IMG/VR virus record: IMGVR_UViG_3300048904_000313
Span: 73,468-107,550 of that record
Direction: 5' to 3' (one strand)
DNA from: a virus
DNA: 34,083 nt
Shown here: positions 9,095 through 16,391 of the stretch, piece after piece
Layout of the letters: the number at the start of each line of letters is the position of its first letter
How positions within the stretch are numbered: the first letter of the stretch is position 1
Position numbers and translations under genes: made by a program
The notes under the pieces: model-generated
Database searches by the model: none
What the model saw: only the letters and a program-made list of their open reading frames with translations
What the model was told of the DNA's origin: nothing

Positions 9095-9178
9095 CTATCT
9101 GATGCTGTAGGTGGTCAGGTACGGGTGGAGCAGAAGCAGGGTCAGCCAGAAGCTGAGCCCCATGCAGATGTATCGCAT
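9095..9178 (-). CDS. Possible 27-aa hydrophobic peptide
   Basis: MRYICMGLSFWLTLLLLHPYLTTYSIR, with AGAGGAAG upstream. Confidence 0.35.
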   Translation of the reverse strand: MRYICMGLSFWLTLLLLHPYLTTYSIR

Positions 9179-9257
9179 TGCTGTCACTTCCTCTGGAGGT
9201 GCTCTTGGCACGTATCGTTCCTTGTCTCTTCCTGAACTGCGTTGCTGCGACGAACTG

Positions 9258-9286
9258 ACTATATCACACGACCGGCGAGGAGTACA
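9258..9286 (-). promoter_or_regulatory. Phage promoter with a 16-bp inverted repeat centred on the -35
   Basis: TGTACT-N17-TATAGT with TGA before the -10; inverted repeat 9267-9302. Confidence 0.7.
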
Positions 9287-9324
9287 CTCCTCGCCGGTCG
9301 TGAAGGCTCAACCGCCCGCGGCCG

Positions 9325-9702
9325 TCAGACGTCGGTGCGGAGGTGGATGGAGAGAACCTCCGCGTCGCCGGCCGCCTTGGGCGCCTCGACCGCGTGAAGA
9401 CGGGCGCCGCCGACCCGAGCGTAGGTGACGAGATCGTGGATGATCCCCTCGGCGTCGTCGTTGAAGACCGACTCCGGGTCCACCGCGTTCTTGTCGTTCG
9501 CGAAGCGGAAGAGCACCTTGCTCGACGGGCCAGCGACCCGCTCCAGGGTGTAGGTGTCGCCGTCCTTGAGCAGACGCACGGTCCGAGCGTCGTCCAGGTG
9601 CGTACGGATCGTGTGGCTGACCCGCTTCAGCACCAGCCGGCCGAGGGTCTCCCCTCGGGCCGTGATCTTCTCGTTCAGCTCAGCGAGCTCGGTTGCGTCC
9701 AT
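9325..9702 (-). CDS. Hypothetical protein
   Basis: 125-aa ORF, RBS AAAGGAG. Confidence 0.7.
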   Translation of the reverse strand: MDATELAELNEKITARGETLGRLVLKRVSHTIRTHLDDARTVRLLKDGDTYTLERVAGPSSKVLFRFANDKNAVDPESVFNDDAEGIIHDLVTYARVGGARLHAVEAPKAAGDAEVLSIHLRTDV

Positions 9703-9721
9703 GCGTCGTCTCCTTTGGACG

Positions 9722-9952
9722 TCAGTCGCGGTCCTTGGGACAGTCGAGGCGACTCACGTACTCGTCCCCGTTCTCCTTCCAGCCGGTCCAGACCCGCCAG
9801 CCGCGCATGTTGGCGCGGGTGGCTGCCTGCTGGGGAGTACGGAAGACCGTGGCCTCAACGATGTCCTGGGTGACGGTCTCATCACCCGTGGTATCGACCA
9901 GCATACCACGACATGTGTCACACTGGGCCACGTGAACCGCAAGAAGGGCCAT
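9722..9952 (-). CDS. Small Cys-containing hypothetical protein
   Basis: 76 aa with CDTC...DCP; TAATG overlap with the upstream gene. Confidence 0.6.
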   Translation of the reverse strand: MALLAVHVAQCDTCRGMLVDTTGDETVTQDIVEATVFRTPQQAATRANMRGWRVWTGWKENGDEYVSRLDCPKDRD

Positions 9953-10185
9953 TAGGAGCGGCGCTCCAGCTCGAAGGTGACGACGATGTCGCCCGTCTCG
10001 GGGTCGGTGACCAGGCGGATCGCGTCGTCGGGCAGCGGCCCGCCCTGAGCGGTGCCGGTGGCCTGCCAGTACTCGTTGGCGGCCACCTGGATCGCCTTGG
10101 TGACGTCGACGTGAGTGAGGCCGAACCCCTCGGTGGGCGTGAGGGTGTACTCCACGCGCTTGATGTTGGTCTCACGACGGTTCAT
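9952..10185 (-). CDS. Hypothetical protein
   Basis: ATG 10185 (MNRRETNIKRVEY...) with RBS GGAGG. Confidence 0.6.
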   Translation of the reverse strand: MNRRETNIKRVEYTLTPTEGFGLTHVDVTKAIQVAANEYWQATGTAQGGPLPDDAIRLVTDPETGDIVVTFELERRS

Positions 10186-10280
10186 CGTCGCTTCCTCCAC
10201 TTTCTCTTCAGGCAGAACGGGCACCCCCGGTTCGGGGGTATGTAGATGGTCTTGCGGCACTTGCCACAGACCCAGCTCAT
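10182..10280 (-). CDS. 32-aa zinc-ribbon mini-protein
   Basis: MSWVCGKCRKTIYIPPNRGCPFCLKRKWRKRR; ATGA overlaps at both ends. Confidence 0.55.
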   Translation of the reverse strand: MSWVCGKCRKTIYIPPNRGCPFCLKRKWRKRR

Positions 10281-10618
10281 CGCAGGCCGGCCTTTATCTG
10301 CCGCTCCGCGATGAGGTTGCGCCAGGTGTCGGTGAGCCTGGCGTACGACTCACCGCCGTCCTCGTCGAGGGTGACGTCGAACCCGTACCAGACGGTCGTA
10401 CCCTCGATGTCGTTGAGGTCTTCCTCGACCTCAAGCTCGTTCCTTACCCCGGCGTAGCCAACCTCCGGGTTGAGCGAGCCCAGGACGCACTGGTCGTAGT
10501 ACCGCGTGTCGATGCTCTCAGGCACCAGGGTGCGGAACCATCCTGGGCTTCGCTCGTCGAGGAGAGCGGCCCCACGGGCCACTCTCTCCCGCACGACGTC
10601 GTAGGTGACGACGGTCAT
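10277..10618 (-). CDS. Hypothetical actinophage protein
   Basis: ATG 10618 overlaps the upstream stop; ERVARGAALLDERSPGW...CVLG. Confidence 0.65.
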   Translation of the reverse strand: MTVVTYDVVRERVARGAALLDERSPGWFRTLVPESIDTRYYDQCVLGSLNPEVGYAGVRNELEVEEDLNDIEGTTVWYGFDVTLDEDGGESYARLTDTWRNLIAERQIKAGLR

Positions 10619-11094
10619 GTCTTTCCTGTCCACCCCGGAACCACGGTGACGGGGATGTTCTCGTTCTTCCACAGGTCGATGATCTGCGGGTTGTCGTCCC
10701 AGGCGTGAGTGACGCTGAACCCGCGCAGACGGGCCGCCTTGAGCATCTCCGCCTTGACGATGAAGTCCTTGCGGAAGTCGCGGTTGCCGCGCATCAGGAG
10801 AAGGCTGAAGGGAACGTTGTGACGGTTGAGCCACGTGACGACGGTGCCACGGAACTTCTCGTTCATGCCCGTCATCACGATGATGACCTTGCCGGCGACG
10901 TGCTGCCGGCGAGCCTCGTCCACCACGTCCTGGTGGGGCGGGCAGATCCCGGTCACGCTGTGGAAGCCGTCGAAGTCGGGCTTGTCACACTCGACCATGT
11001 GTCGGATCGATGAGACGTCGATCAGGGTGCCTTGCACGTCGAAGACAACGGCTTCCGTCATGCTGATGCCCTTCGGGCGGGGAGTTAAGCTCAT
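10615..11094 (-). CDS. HAD phosphatase, polynucleotide-kinase 3'-phosphatase (PseT C-terminal)-like
   Basis: VFDVQGTL (motif I variant), MTG, LLMRGNRDFRKDFIVK, AWDDNP. Confidence 0.75.
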   Translation of the reverse strand: MSLTPRPKGISMTEAVVFDVQGTLIDVSSIRHMVECDKPDFDGFHSVTGICPPHQDVVDEARRQHVAGKVIIVMTGMNEKFRGTVVTWLNRHNVPFSLLLMRGNRDFRKDFIVKAEMLKAARLRGFSVTHAWDDNPQIIDLWKNENIPVTVVPGWTGKT

Positions 11095-11133
11095 GACTCG
11101 CTTCCTCTCTTCTCTTCCTGGCGGGGTGATATC

Positions 11134-11162
11134 AACCTATCAGCTGAGCCGACCGTCGTCCA
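11134..11162 (-). promoter_or_regulatory. Phage promoter
   Basis: TGGACG-N17-TAGGTT with TGA extension; AG-rich CAGGAAGAGAAGAGAGGAAG leader follows. Confidence 0.65.
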
Positions 11163-11664
11163 GGGCCCTCGCCCACTCTCGCACCCTGTCCAGGTGACTC
11201 GGCGTGAGTCCCTGGAATGGCGCCACGAGGACGAGCAGGAAGTTCTCCACGCCGTTCTCGCTGAGCCACTTGCCGTCGTGCTCCACGCGCAGCTCATCGT
11301 CGAGCCACGCGAACGGCCGGCCAGCGGCGTAGTCGGCGAGGTCCCGCGTCTTCCAGTGCACGCCTGGCCCAGGCGTGCCGCTCTCGAACCTCACGAACGG
11401 CAACTGCGGCAGTCCCACGTGTGGAGCGACCCACTCGTTCGCCTCGTGCTCCCAGGCGGTCCCCCAGACGAGCTCAACTGGCAGGTCGAGAAGCTGCTCG
11501 CCGTGAGCCGGGTTGAGCCAGATCCTGAGGGGCTTGACCCTGGGGTTGGCCCAGCCTGAGGGGCGTGTGCGGTGCGTCGTGAACCCCGCAGGGCGCCGCC
11601 CGGAGGTGACGGGCGCGGGGTTGAGGACGCCATCGATGTCCAGGAACAGCAGCGGCTTGGTCAT
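11140..11664 (-). CDS. HAD domain protein, Swiss-Army-knife RNA-repair type
   Basis: ATG 11664; LFLDIDGVLNP, VWGTAWEHEAN, WKT, FAWLDDE. Confidence 0.8.
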   Translation of the reverse strand: MTKPLLFLDIDGVLNPAPVTSGRRPAGFTTHRTRPSGWANPRVKPLRIWLNPAHGEQLLDLPVELVWGTAWEHEANEWVAPHVGLPQLPFVRFESGTPGPGVHWKTRDLADYAAGRPFAWLDDELRVEHDGKWLSENGVENFLLVLVAPFQGLTPSHLDRVREWARALDDGRLS

Positions 11665-12962
11665 GCAGCCTCCATGGTGACTTCGGCACCACCTTGACGG
11701 GTGCCCCAACCGTTGTCTCGCAGGGTCAGCAACGCGTAGACACGGATCCACATCAGCAGACCCACGTGAAGCAGTCCGTAGAGTGGAGCCAAGAGGAACG
11801 TGGCGATCCGTTCACCCATGGGCATCCTCGTACGCTGCCCTGGCTCCAGGAACCGAACGGAGCGAGCGTAGCCCAGAAGCATGGCGTACATCAGGTAGAG
11901 CGACCACGTGTTCACGTCTGCCTTGAACGGCGCCATCACGAGAGCGATCAACAACATCGAGGTGAAGGTGAGCCAGCTGGTGAGCTCGATCAATGAGAGC
12001 CAGAAGGCTGGCCGCTGAGCGCGACCAGTCTGGATGACCCAAAGAGACTCACGGAAGAAGCTCTTGGACCACCGCGTCTGCTGCTTGAGATAGTGCTTCA
12101 GCCGCTCCGGCACGAGAGTCCACGCTACGGCTGACGACTGCATGACCACCTGACCGTTCTTCAGGCAGTAGTTCGTGAGTCGTCGATCGTCACCGTACGT
12201 CGCCTCTCGTCCGAGGAACGTCTGACTGAGGAAGTCGTCGAGATTCTCTCGCACCACGCTGCCGCGGTAGAACGCCAGACTGCCACAGCAACACAGCACA
12301 GACTTAAGAAGACCGTACGCCGCACGCTCGAACAGGAACGCGTTGGCGTAGCGGAGGTCGATGAGCCTGGTGAGCACGTTCTTGCGAGCGTTGAGCGCCA
12401 GCACGAGACCGGTGACAGCGTTGACTCGCCGCGAGGCGAACGGCAGCATGCCCTCGTAGACGGCTTCCACGTCGAGCTCCGTGTCAGAATCCACGCCCAG
12501 GTAGACGTCAGCCTTGAAGAACTGACGAATGCCGGCCGCCAACCCGTGGCGCTTGCCTCGATTGAGCTCGAAGGCAATGACGCGGTAGTCGACACCCATG
12601 GCGCGGAACACCGGCTCGTACTCAATCGCGAGGTTGAGAGCCGACTTGTCTGTGGAGCAATCGTCTACCACCGCGATCGCGTTCGGGAGTCGAGTCTGCC
12701 TTCGCAGTGACTCAAGACACTTGCGAAACGCGGTGACATCCTCGTTGTACACCGTCAGCAAGACCGCCACGGTGAGACGAGACACGCGAGCCGCGTCCTT
12801 CTCGTTCACCGTGATCGGCTTGTGAGTCAGCGACGCTGCGAGCTTGAGCAGCAGGAGCGTGAATACCGCGACACCGTACCAGGAGGCGATGTGACCGTGC
12901 TCAGCGTAGATGGCAAGAGCCACAATCACCATCATGGTGATGGCGGAGAAGACCCTGCTCAT
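11661..12962 (-). CDS. Processive GT2 glycosyltransferase, hyaluronan synthase/NodC-like
   Basis: ATG 12962; N-terminal TMs, VDD, GKR, VDSD, CCCGSL, GDDRRLTN, QQTRWSKS (QxxRW), C-terminal TMs and WGTR. Confidence 0.9.
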   Translation of the reverse strand: MSRVFSAITMMVIVALAIYAEHGHIASWYGVAVFTLLLLKLAASLTHKPITVNEKDAARVSRLTVAVLLTVYNEDVTAFRKCLESLRRQTRLPNAIAVVDDCSTDKSALNLAIEYEPVFRAMGVDYRVIAFELNRGKRHGLAAGIRQFFKADVYLGVDSDTELDVEAVYEGMLPFASRRVNAVTGLVLALNARKNVLTRLIDLRYANAFLFERAAYGLLKSVLCCCGSLAFYRGSVVRENLDDFLSQTFLGREATYGDDRRLTNYCLKNGQVVMQSSAVAWTLVPERLKHYLKQQTRWSKSFFRESLWVIQTGRAQRPAFWLSLIELTSWLTFTSMLLIALVMAPFKADVNTWSLYLMYAMLLGYARSVRFLEPGQRTRMPMGERIATFLLAPLYGLLHVGLLMWIRVYALLTLRDNGWGTRQGGAEVTMEAA

Positions 12963-13111
12963 CGCTGGCGCCTGGCATAGAAGCGCGTCCCGACGAGACC
13001 GGCTCCCACGAGAACGAAGCAGCCGGCGACGACCCACCAGGGCATCACGAGGCTTCCCACGACGAGAGCACCGGTACCGGTGGCGGCCAGGGTGCCGTGT
13101 CCGTATGGCAT
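12959..13111 (-). CDS. 50-aa peptide with LAxTG motif, TM helix and basic tail
   Basis: MPYGHGTLAATGTGALVVGSLVMPWWVVAGCFVLVGAGLVGTRFYARRQR; RBS GAAGGGA; its stop overlaps the GT2 start (ATGA). Confidence 0.65.
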   Translation of the reverse strand: MPYGHGTLAATGTGALVVGSLVMPWWVVAGCFVLVGAGLVGTRFYARRQR

Positions 13112-13183
13112 TGAGAGTTCCCTTCACACAGGCCAGGCTTCCGTATCTCTTCCGGTTCCTGGCGCTTCCTTCATGATAGACCC

Positions 13184-13212
13184 ACCGTATCAGACGAAGA
13201 GCCTGTTGTAAA
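13184..13212 (-). promoter_or_regulatory. Phage promoter for the GT2 cassette
   Basis: TTTACA-N17-TACGGT with TGA extension; GAGCCTGT/ACAGGCTC inverted repeat around the -35. Confidence 0.65.
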
Positions 13213-13226
13213 CAGGCTCCGCGTCC

Positions 13227-13676
13227 TCAATCCCACATGCTGCCGAGGTGCTCCGCGAACAGCGCCATGGCTGCCTGGGCCTCCTTGTACTTCTGCAGCT
13301 CACCCTTGGCGTCGAGCTCGTTGTCGAACTTCTGCTCCGCCCACCAGCGCAGTGGGTCCTCGATCTTGTGGAGCAAGTCGTGCCACTCCTGCTCCTCCAT
13401 CCCCATCGGGTAGCCAGCGCCCTTGAGACGGAAGTCCGCCACCGCGTCAGCGATCACGAGGCAGATGTACGTGTCGAAGCTGATCCAGTCATACCACGAG
13501 AAGCCGTGGTTGACGCGCTCTCGCTCGTGACGACGGATCCGACGGGCTCGCTGCCACGGCCACTCCCAGCAGAGCCAGGATGGCAGGTTCAACCGGTGAC
13601 GCAGACTGCCGCGTCGCCAGTAGCGCTCCCACTCATAGACGTGGCCGGGCTTGTTGAGCCCCCTCTTTTGCTTCAC
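13227..13676 (-). CDS. Trp-rich hypothetical protein
   Basis: 149-aa ORF, RBS GAGGAGG. Confidence 0.7.
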   Translation of the reverse strand: MKQKRGLNKPGHVYEWERYWRRGSLRHRLNLPSWLCWEWPWQRARRIRRHERERVNHGFSWYDWISFDTYICLVIADAVADFRLKGAGYPMGMEEQEWHDLLHKIEDPLRWWAEQKFDNELDAKGELQKYKEAQAAMALFAEHLGSMWD

Positions 13677-13684
13677 TGTCCTCC

Positions 13685-14125
13685 TCAGACTCGGATGACT
13701 GACGCGCGACGGGTCTCGACGGCGTTCGAGCGGCTGCCTCGGGCATCGCCGGCCGGCGACCCCTGGGTCTCCCCGATCTTACCGCCCGAGCCCCCGAGAG
13801 CAGCCGCGAGGGCCGCCTCGAGCCCACCCTCGAACTCGGTGTTCTCGACGTCGTCGACGAAGACGCGCGGCGCCTTCATGAACCACTGGGTGCGGCCTCG
13901 GCGGTACATCTCCACGACAACGCGGAAAGCCTTGCCCTCGCTGTTCGAGCCACGGAACACCATCTCCCAGGTGTTCGAGCGCTCGGTGGGCTCGATCGAG
14001 ACGTCGACGGCACTCTTGGGGTCCACGAAGTGCTTGCTGGCCAGGCGGTGGAGAAGCGCTCGCTCCCGCACCAGGTGGCCACGCAGCGCGGCCGGCAGGC
14101 TCTTCTCGTCGATGATCTGCTCCAT
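13685..14125 (-). CDS. Hypothetical protein
   Basis: 146-aa ORF, RBS AGGAGAGG. Confidence 0.7.
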   Translation of the reverse strand: MEQIIDEKSLPAALRGHLVRERALLHRLASKHFVDPKSAVDVSIEPTERSNTWEMVFRGSNSEGKAFRVVVEMYRRGRTQWFMKAPRVFVDDVENTEFEGGLEAALAAALGGSGGKIGETQGSPAGDARGSRSNAVETRRASVIRV

Positions 14126-14189
14126 CAGCCTCTCCTGTCAGGTCGGCCCGGTGGTCGTGGGGGACCACCGGGCCGCTTGTCGTCTCGTG

Positions 14190-14792
14190 TCACTCGCTGA
14201 CGCCGTCGGACGCGTCCAACGCCTTCTCGATCCGCTTCGCGAGCTCCTCCTTGATGCGGAGCTCCACGATCTCCTCGACCATTGTCATGGCCTTGTTCGC
14301 GTCGTACTTGCCCATCTCGCAGTTGAGGAAGCGAGTGAGCTTGCGGGTGGTGCTCTCCACCGGCGAGAAGTCGATGACACCCGCCTTCGCCGCCGCGTCG
14401 ACGGCCTCGGCCCAGACGCCGCACCAGCCCTCATCGTCGGCAAGCTGATCGAGCTCCTTGAAGGACGCGGGCAGCTTCTCGAGGATGATGATCGCCTGCT
14501 GAGCGTACTCGCTGAGGTAGTTCTCGGCGACGAACTTGACGAGCTTGTCATCGGTCTCACCGGCGAGGGTCGCGGCGAGCGCGTCGAAGTGGTCGTCCTG
14601 CGCGTTGTCCGCGGTCCGGAACGCGGTGACCGCCGCCTGGTAGGCCTTCATGGCCTCGTCGCTGGTGTGACGCTCGTAGTAGAGGTCATTGGAGACGTCT
14701 CGCAGCTTCCGCAGCTTAGTCTGGTAAGCGGCGCGTGCCTCGATGTAGCGCTGAACCTCAGGGAGGACCTGCTTCTCCACGGTCTCGGGCAT
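14190..14792 (-). CDS. Hypothetical helical protein
   Basis: ATG 14792 (MPETVEKQ...) after GAGGAAGGAACGAGAG. Confidence 0.7.
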   Translation of the reverse strand: MPETVEKQVLPEVQRYIEARAAYQTKLRKLRDVSNDLYYERHTSDEAMKAYQAAVTAFRTADNAQDDHFDALAATLAGETDDKLVKFVAENYLSEYAQQAIIILEKLPASFKELDQLADDEGWCGVWAEAVDAAAKAGVIDFSPVESTTRKLTRFLNCEMGKYDANKAMTMVEEIVELRIKEELAKRIEKALDASDGVSE

Positions 14793-14950
14793 CTCTCGTT
14801 CCTTCCTCGTTCTCTTCCGATGGCGTAAGCGCCGGGCTCGCCTACTACGAGCGTGTCGGGATCTTGCATCGAGGCTCACCGCCACGCGGATCTCTCGAAG
14901 TTGGCCTCCCGACACCCAGGCGGAGTAAGGGTTTCCGCAGGTACCGGCCG

Positions 14951-15031
14951 TGGATGGGGACGGAGTTGAACCGCCAATGCCGAAGCGTCTCCTTTACAGG
15001 GAGGTGAGTTCACCAATGCTCAAGCCCATCC
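14951..15031 (-). tRNA. tRNA-Tyr(GTA)
   Basis: GGATGGG/CCCATCC-A acceptor, CT-GTA-AA loop, long variable arm, TTCAACT T loop. Confidence 0.85.
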
Positions 15032-15035
15032 AGAG

Positions 15036-15120
15036 CGGAAGAGACAGGATTTGAACCTGCGAGGCTGTTACACCCAACGCCTTAGCAGAGCGCCACCATA
15101 GGCCACTCGGTCACTCTTCC
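15036..15120 (-). tRNA. tRNA-Ser(GCT)
   Basis: GGAAGAG/CTCTTCC-G, CT-GCT-AA loop, long variable arm. Confidence 0.9.
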
Positions 15121-15122
15121 AG

Positions 15123-15205
15123 CGGAGAGTAAAGGAATCGAACCCTCAGGCTTGCACCTGGCACGGCTTTCGAGACCGCTTGCCCACCATTGAGCGCTAC
15201 CCTCC
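15123..15205 (-). tRNA. tRNA-Ser(CGA)
   Basis: GGAGGGT/ACTCTCC-G, CT-CGA-AA loop, long variable arm. Confidence 0.9.
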
Positions 15206-15225
15206 AAGACTATGAAGTTGTTGAG

Positions 15226-15299
15226 AGCCGGTGACAGGACTCGAACCTGCAACCACTCACTTACGAGGCGAGTGCTCTACCAGTTGAAGCTACACCGGC
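15226..15299 (-). tRNA. tRNA-Thr(CGT)
   Basis: GCCGGTG/CACCGGC-T, CT-CGT-AA loop. Confidence 0.9.
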
Positions 15300-15308
15300 A
15301 CGGTAAAG

Positions 15309-15382
15309 TAGGACCGGCGGGGATTGAACCCGCGACCTCCACGTTATCAGCGTGGCGCTCTAACCGACTGAGCTACGGTCCT
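15309..15382 (-). tRNA. tRNA-Ile(GAT)
   Basis: AGGACCG/CGGTCCT-A, CT-GAT-AA loop. Confidence 0.9.
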
Positions 15383-15514
15383 GACGGAAGGGGTGGAGGG
15401 TGGTTGCGCACCCAGAGCCTCCACTGCACCTCCAGTGACTTTCTGCGAGAGCCGGCTGAGACCAATCCGGCACCTTCTGGCTCACCAGGGTGATCAGCTC
15501 CCCGGTGTCCCGCG

Positions 15515-15587
15515 TGGATCCAGCAGGGCTCGAACCTGCGACACGCCGGTTAAGAGCCGGCTGCTCTGCCAACTGAGCTATGAATCC
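15515..15587 (-). tRNA. tRNA-Lys(CTT)
   Basis: GGATTCA/TGGATCC-A, CT-CTT-AA loop. Confidence 0.9.
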
Positions 15588-15592
15588 CTACG

Positions 15593-15666
15593 TGGATCTG
15601 ACAGGACTTGAACCTGCAACATCCTGTATGCAAAACAGGCGCTCTACCAGTTGGAGCTACAGACCC
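15593..15666 (-). tRNA. tRNA-Ala(TGC)
   Basis: GGGTCTG/CAGATCC-A with G3.U70; TT-TGC-AT loop. Confidence 0.9.
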
Positions 15667-15668
15667 AG

Positions 15669-15771
15669 GATGGCAACCAGGCAGTCGCGCTTCCCCTCAG
15701 GGGCCGACTCCCCCTCCGCACGTACGACCCGCCACAGTCGCAAGAGGTTGTCGGCTGACTACCTGGCCATC
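15669..15771 (-). ncRNA. Unidentified long-hairpin RNA between tRNA-Arg and tRNA-Ala
   Basis: Ends pair as GATGGC-CAGGTAGTC with GACTGCCTG-GTT-GCCATC; inner GCCGAC/GTCGGC and CGAC/GTCG helices. Confidence 0.45.
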
Positions 15772-15780
15772 AGTGTAACG

Positions 15781-15853
15781 TGGACCCAGCAGGATTTGAA
15801 CCTGCGACCTCCGCATCCGTAGTACGGCGCTCTATCCGCTGAGCTATGAGTCC
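15781..15853 (-). tRNA. tRNA-Arg(ACG)
   Basis: GGACTCA/TGGGTCC-A, CT-ACG-GA loop. Confidence 0.9.
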
Positions 15854-15987
15854 TGGCGGGTGACACCCTCCTCACCTTGAGGGCGCCACCCTTATGAGTG
15901 GTAATGCCGATCTTACCCGTACACAGTCGCTGCTGGTCTTAGTTTAACACCATGCGCCGTTGCCGTTACGACCACCGAGTCTCGAAG

Positions 15988-16390
15988 TGACCCGGAGGGG
16001 ACTCGAACCCCTATCTCTCGGTGATGGATCCAGTGCAGTCGATTACGGGATCATCGGTGGTGCTTCAAGCTGGAGCGAGAACTTGAGCCTGACGCTCGCC
16101 GCTGCCTCTGCCAGTTGGGCTACCGGGGCTCGTGGTGCCCCGGGGAGGTCTCGAACCTCCACTGTCACGGTGAGAGCTGAGCTTAAGCCTGAGCTTCAGC
16201 TTTACCAGGAGGGCCTCCTGGCATCCGGTCGCTCAACCGGTAACCTACCCATACACACCGCCTTTGGGTGGCATGGGCAGGAGTCTAGGGGTGTTGCCGC
16301 CCGCGCGTCTCTGCCTTCTTGACTGGAAGGCGTACGCCAGCCGTCTTTCAGGCGGGGGCCGGCCGGCGGAGCCAGCGCGGGCGGCGGCTC
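15988..16390 (-). ncRNA. Large structured RNA with tRNA-like (Leu-type D arm) modules lacking an anticodon loop
   Basis: Three hairpins, then T arm GGAGG-TTCGAGA-CCTCC plus CCGGGGC-ACCA, then GCCCCGG-TA-GCCCAACTGGCAGAGGC, a ~90-nt insert, and a second T arm AGGGG-TTCGAGT-CCCCT plus CCGGGTC-A. Confidence 0.7.
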
Positions 16391-16391
16391 A

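Noticed and set aside
12963-13127. Arg-rich N-terminal extension of the GT2 ORF
   Set aside because: Better explained by the separate 50-aa LAxTG ORF in another frame, coupled to ATG 12962.
15988-16129. tRNA-Leu with a group I intron, or a standard tmRNA/selC gene
   Set aside because: The insert is only ~90 nt with no recognisable P7 core, no anticodon loop can be reconstituted, there is no G3.U70, and no UCA anticodon arm.
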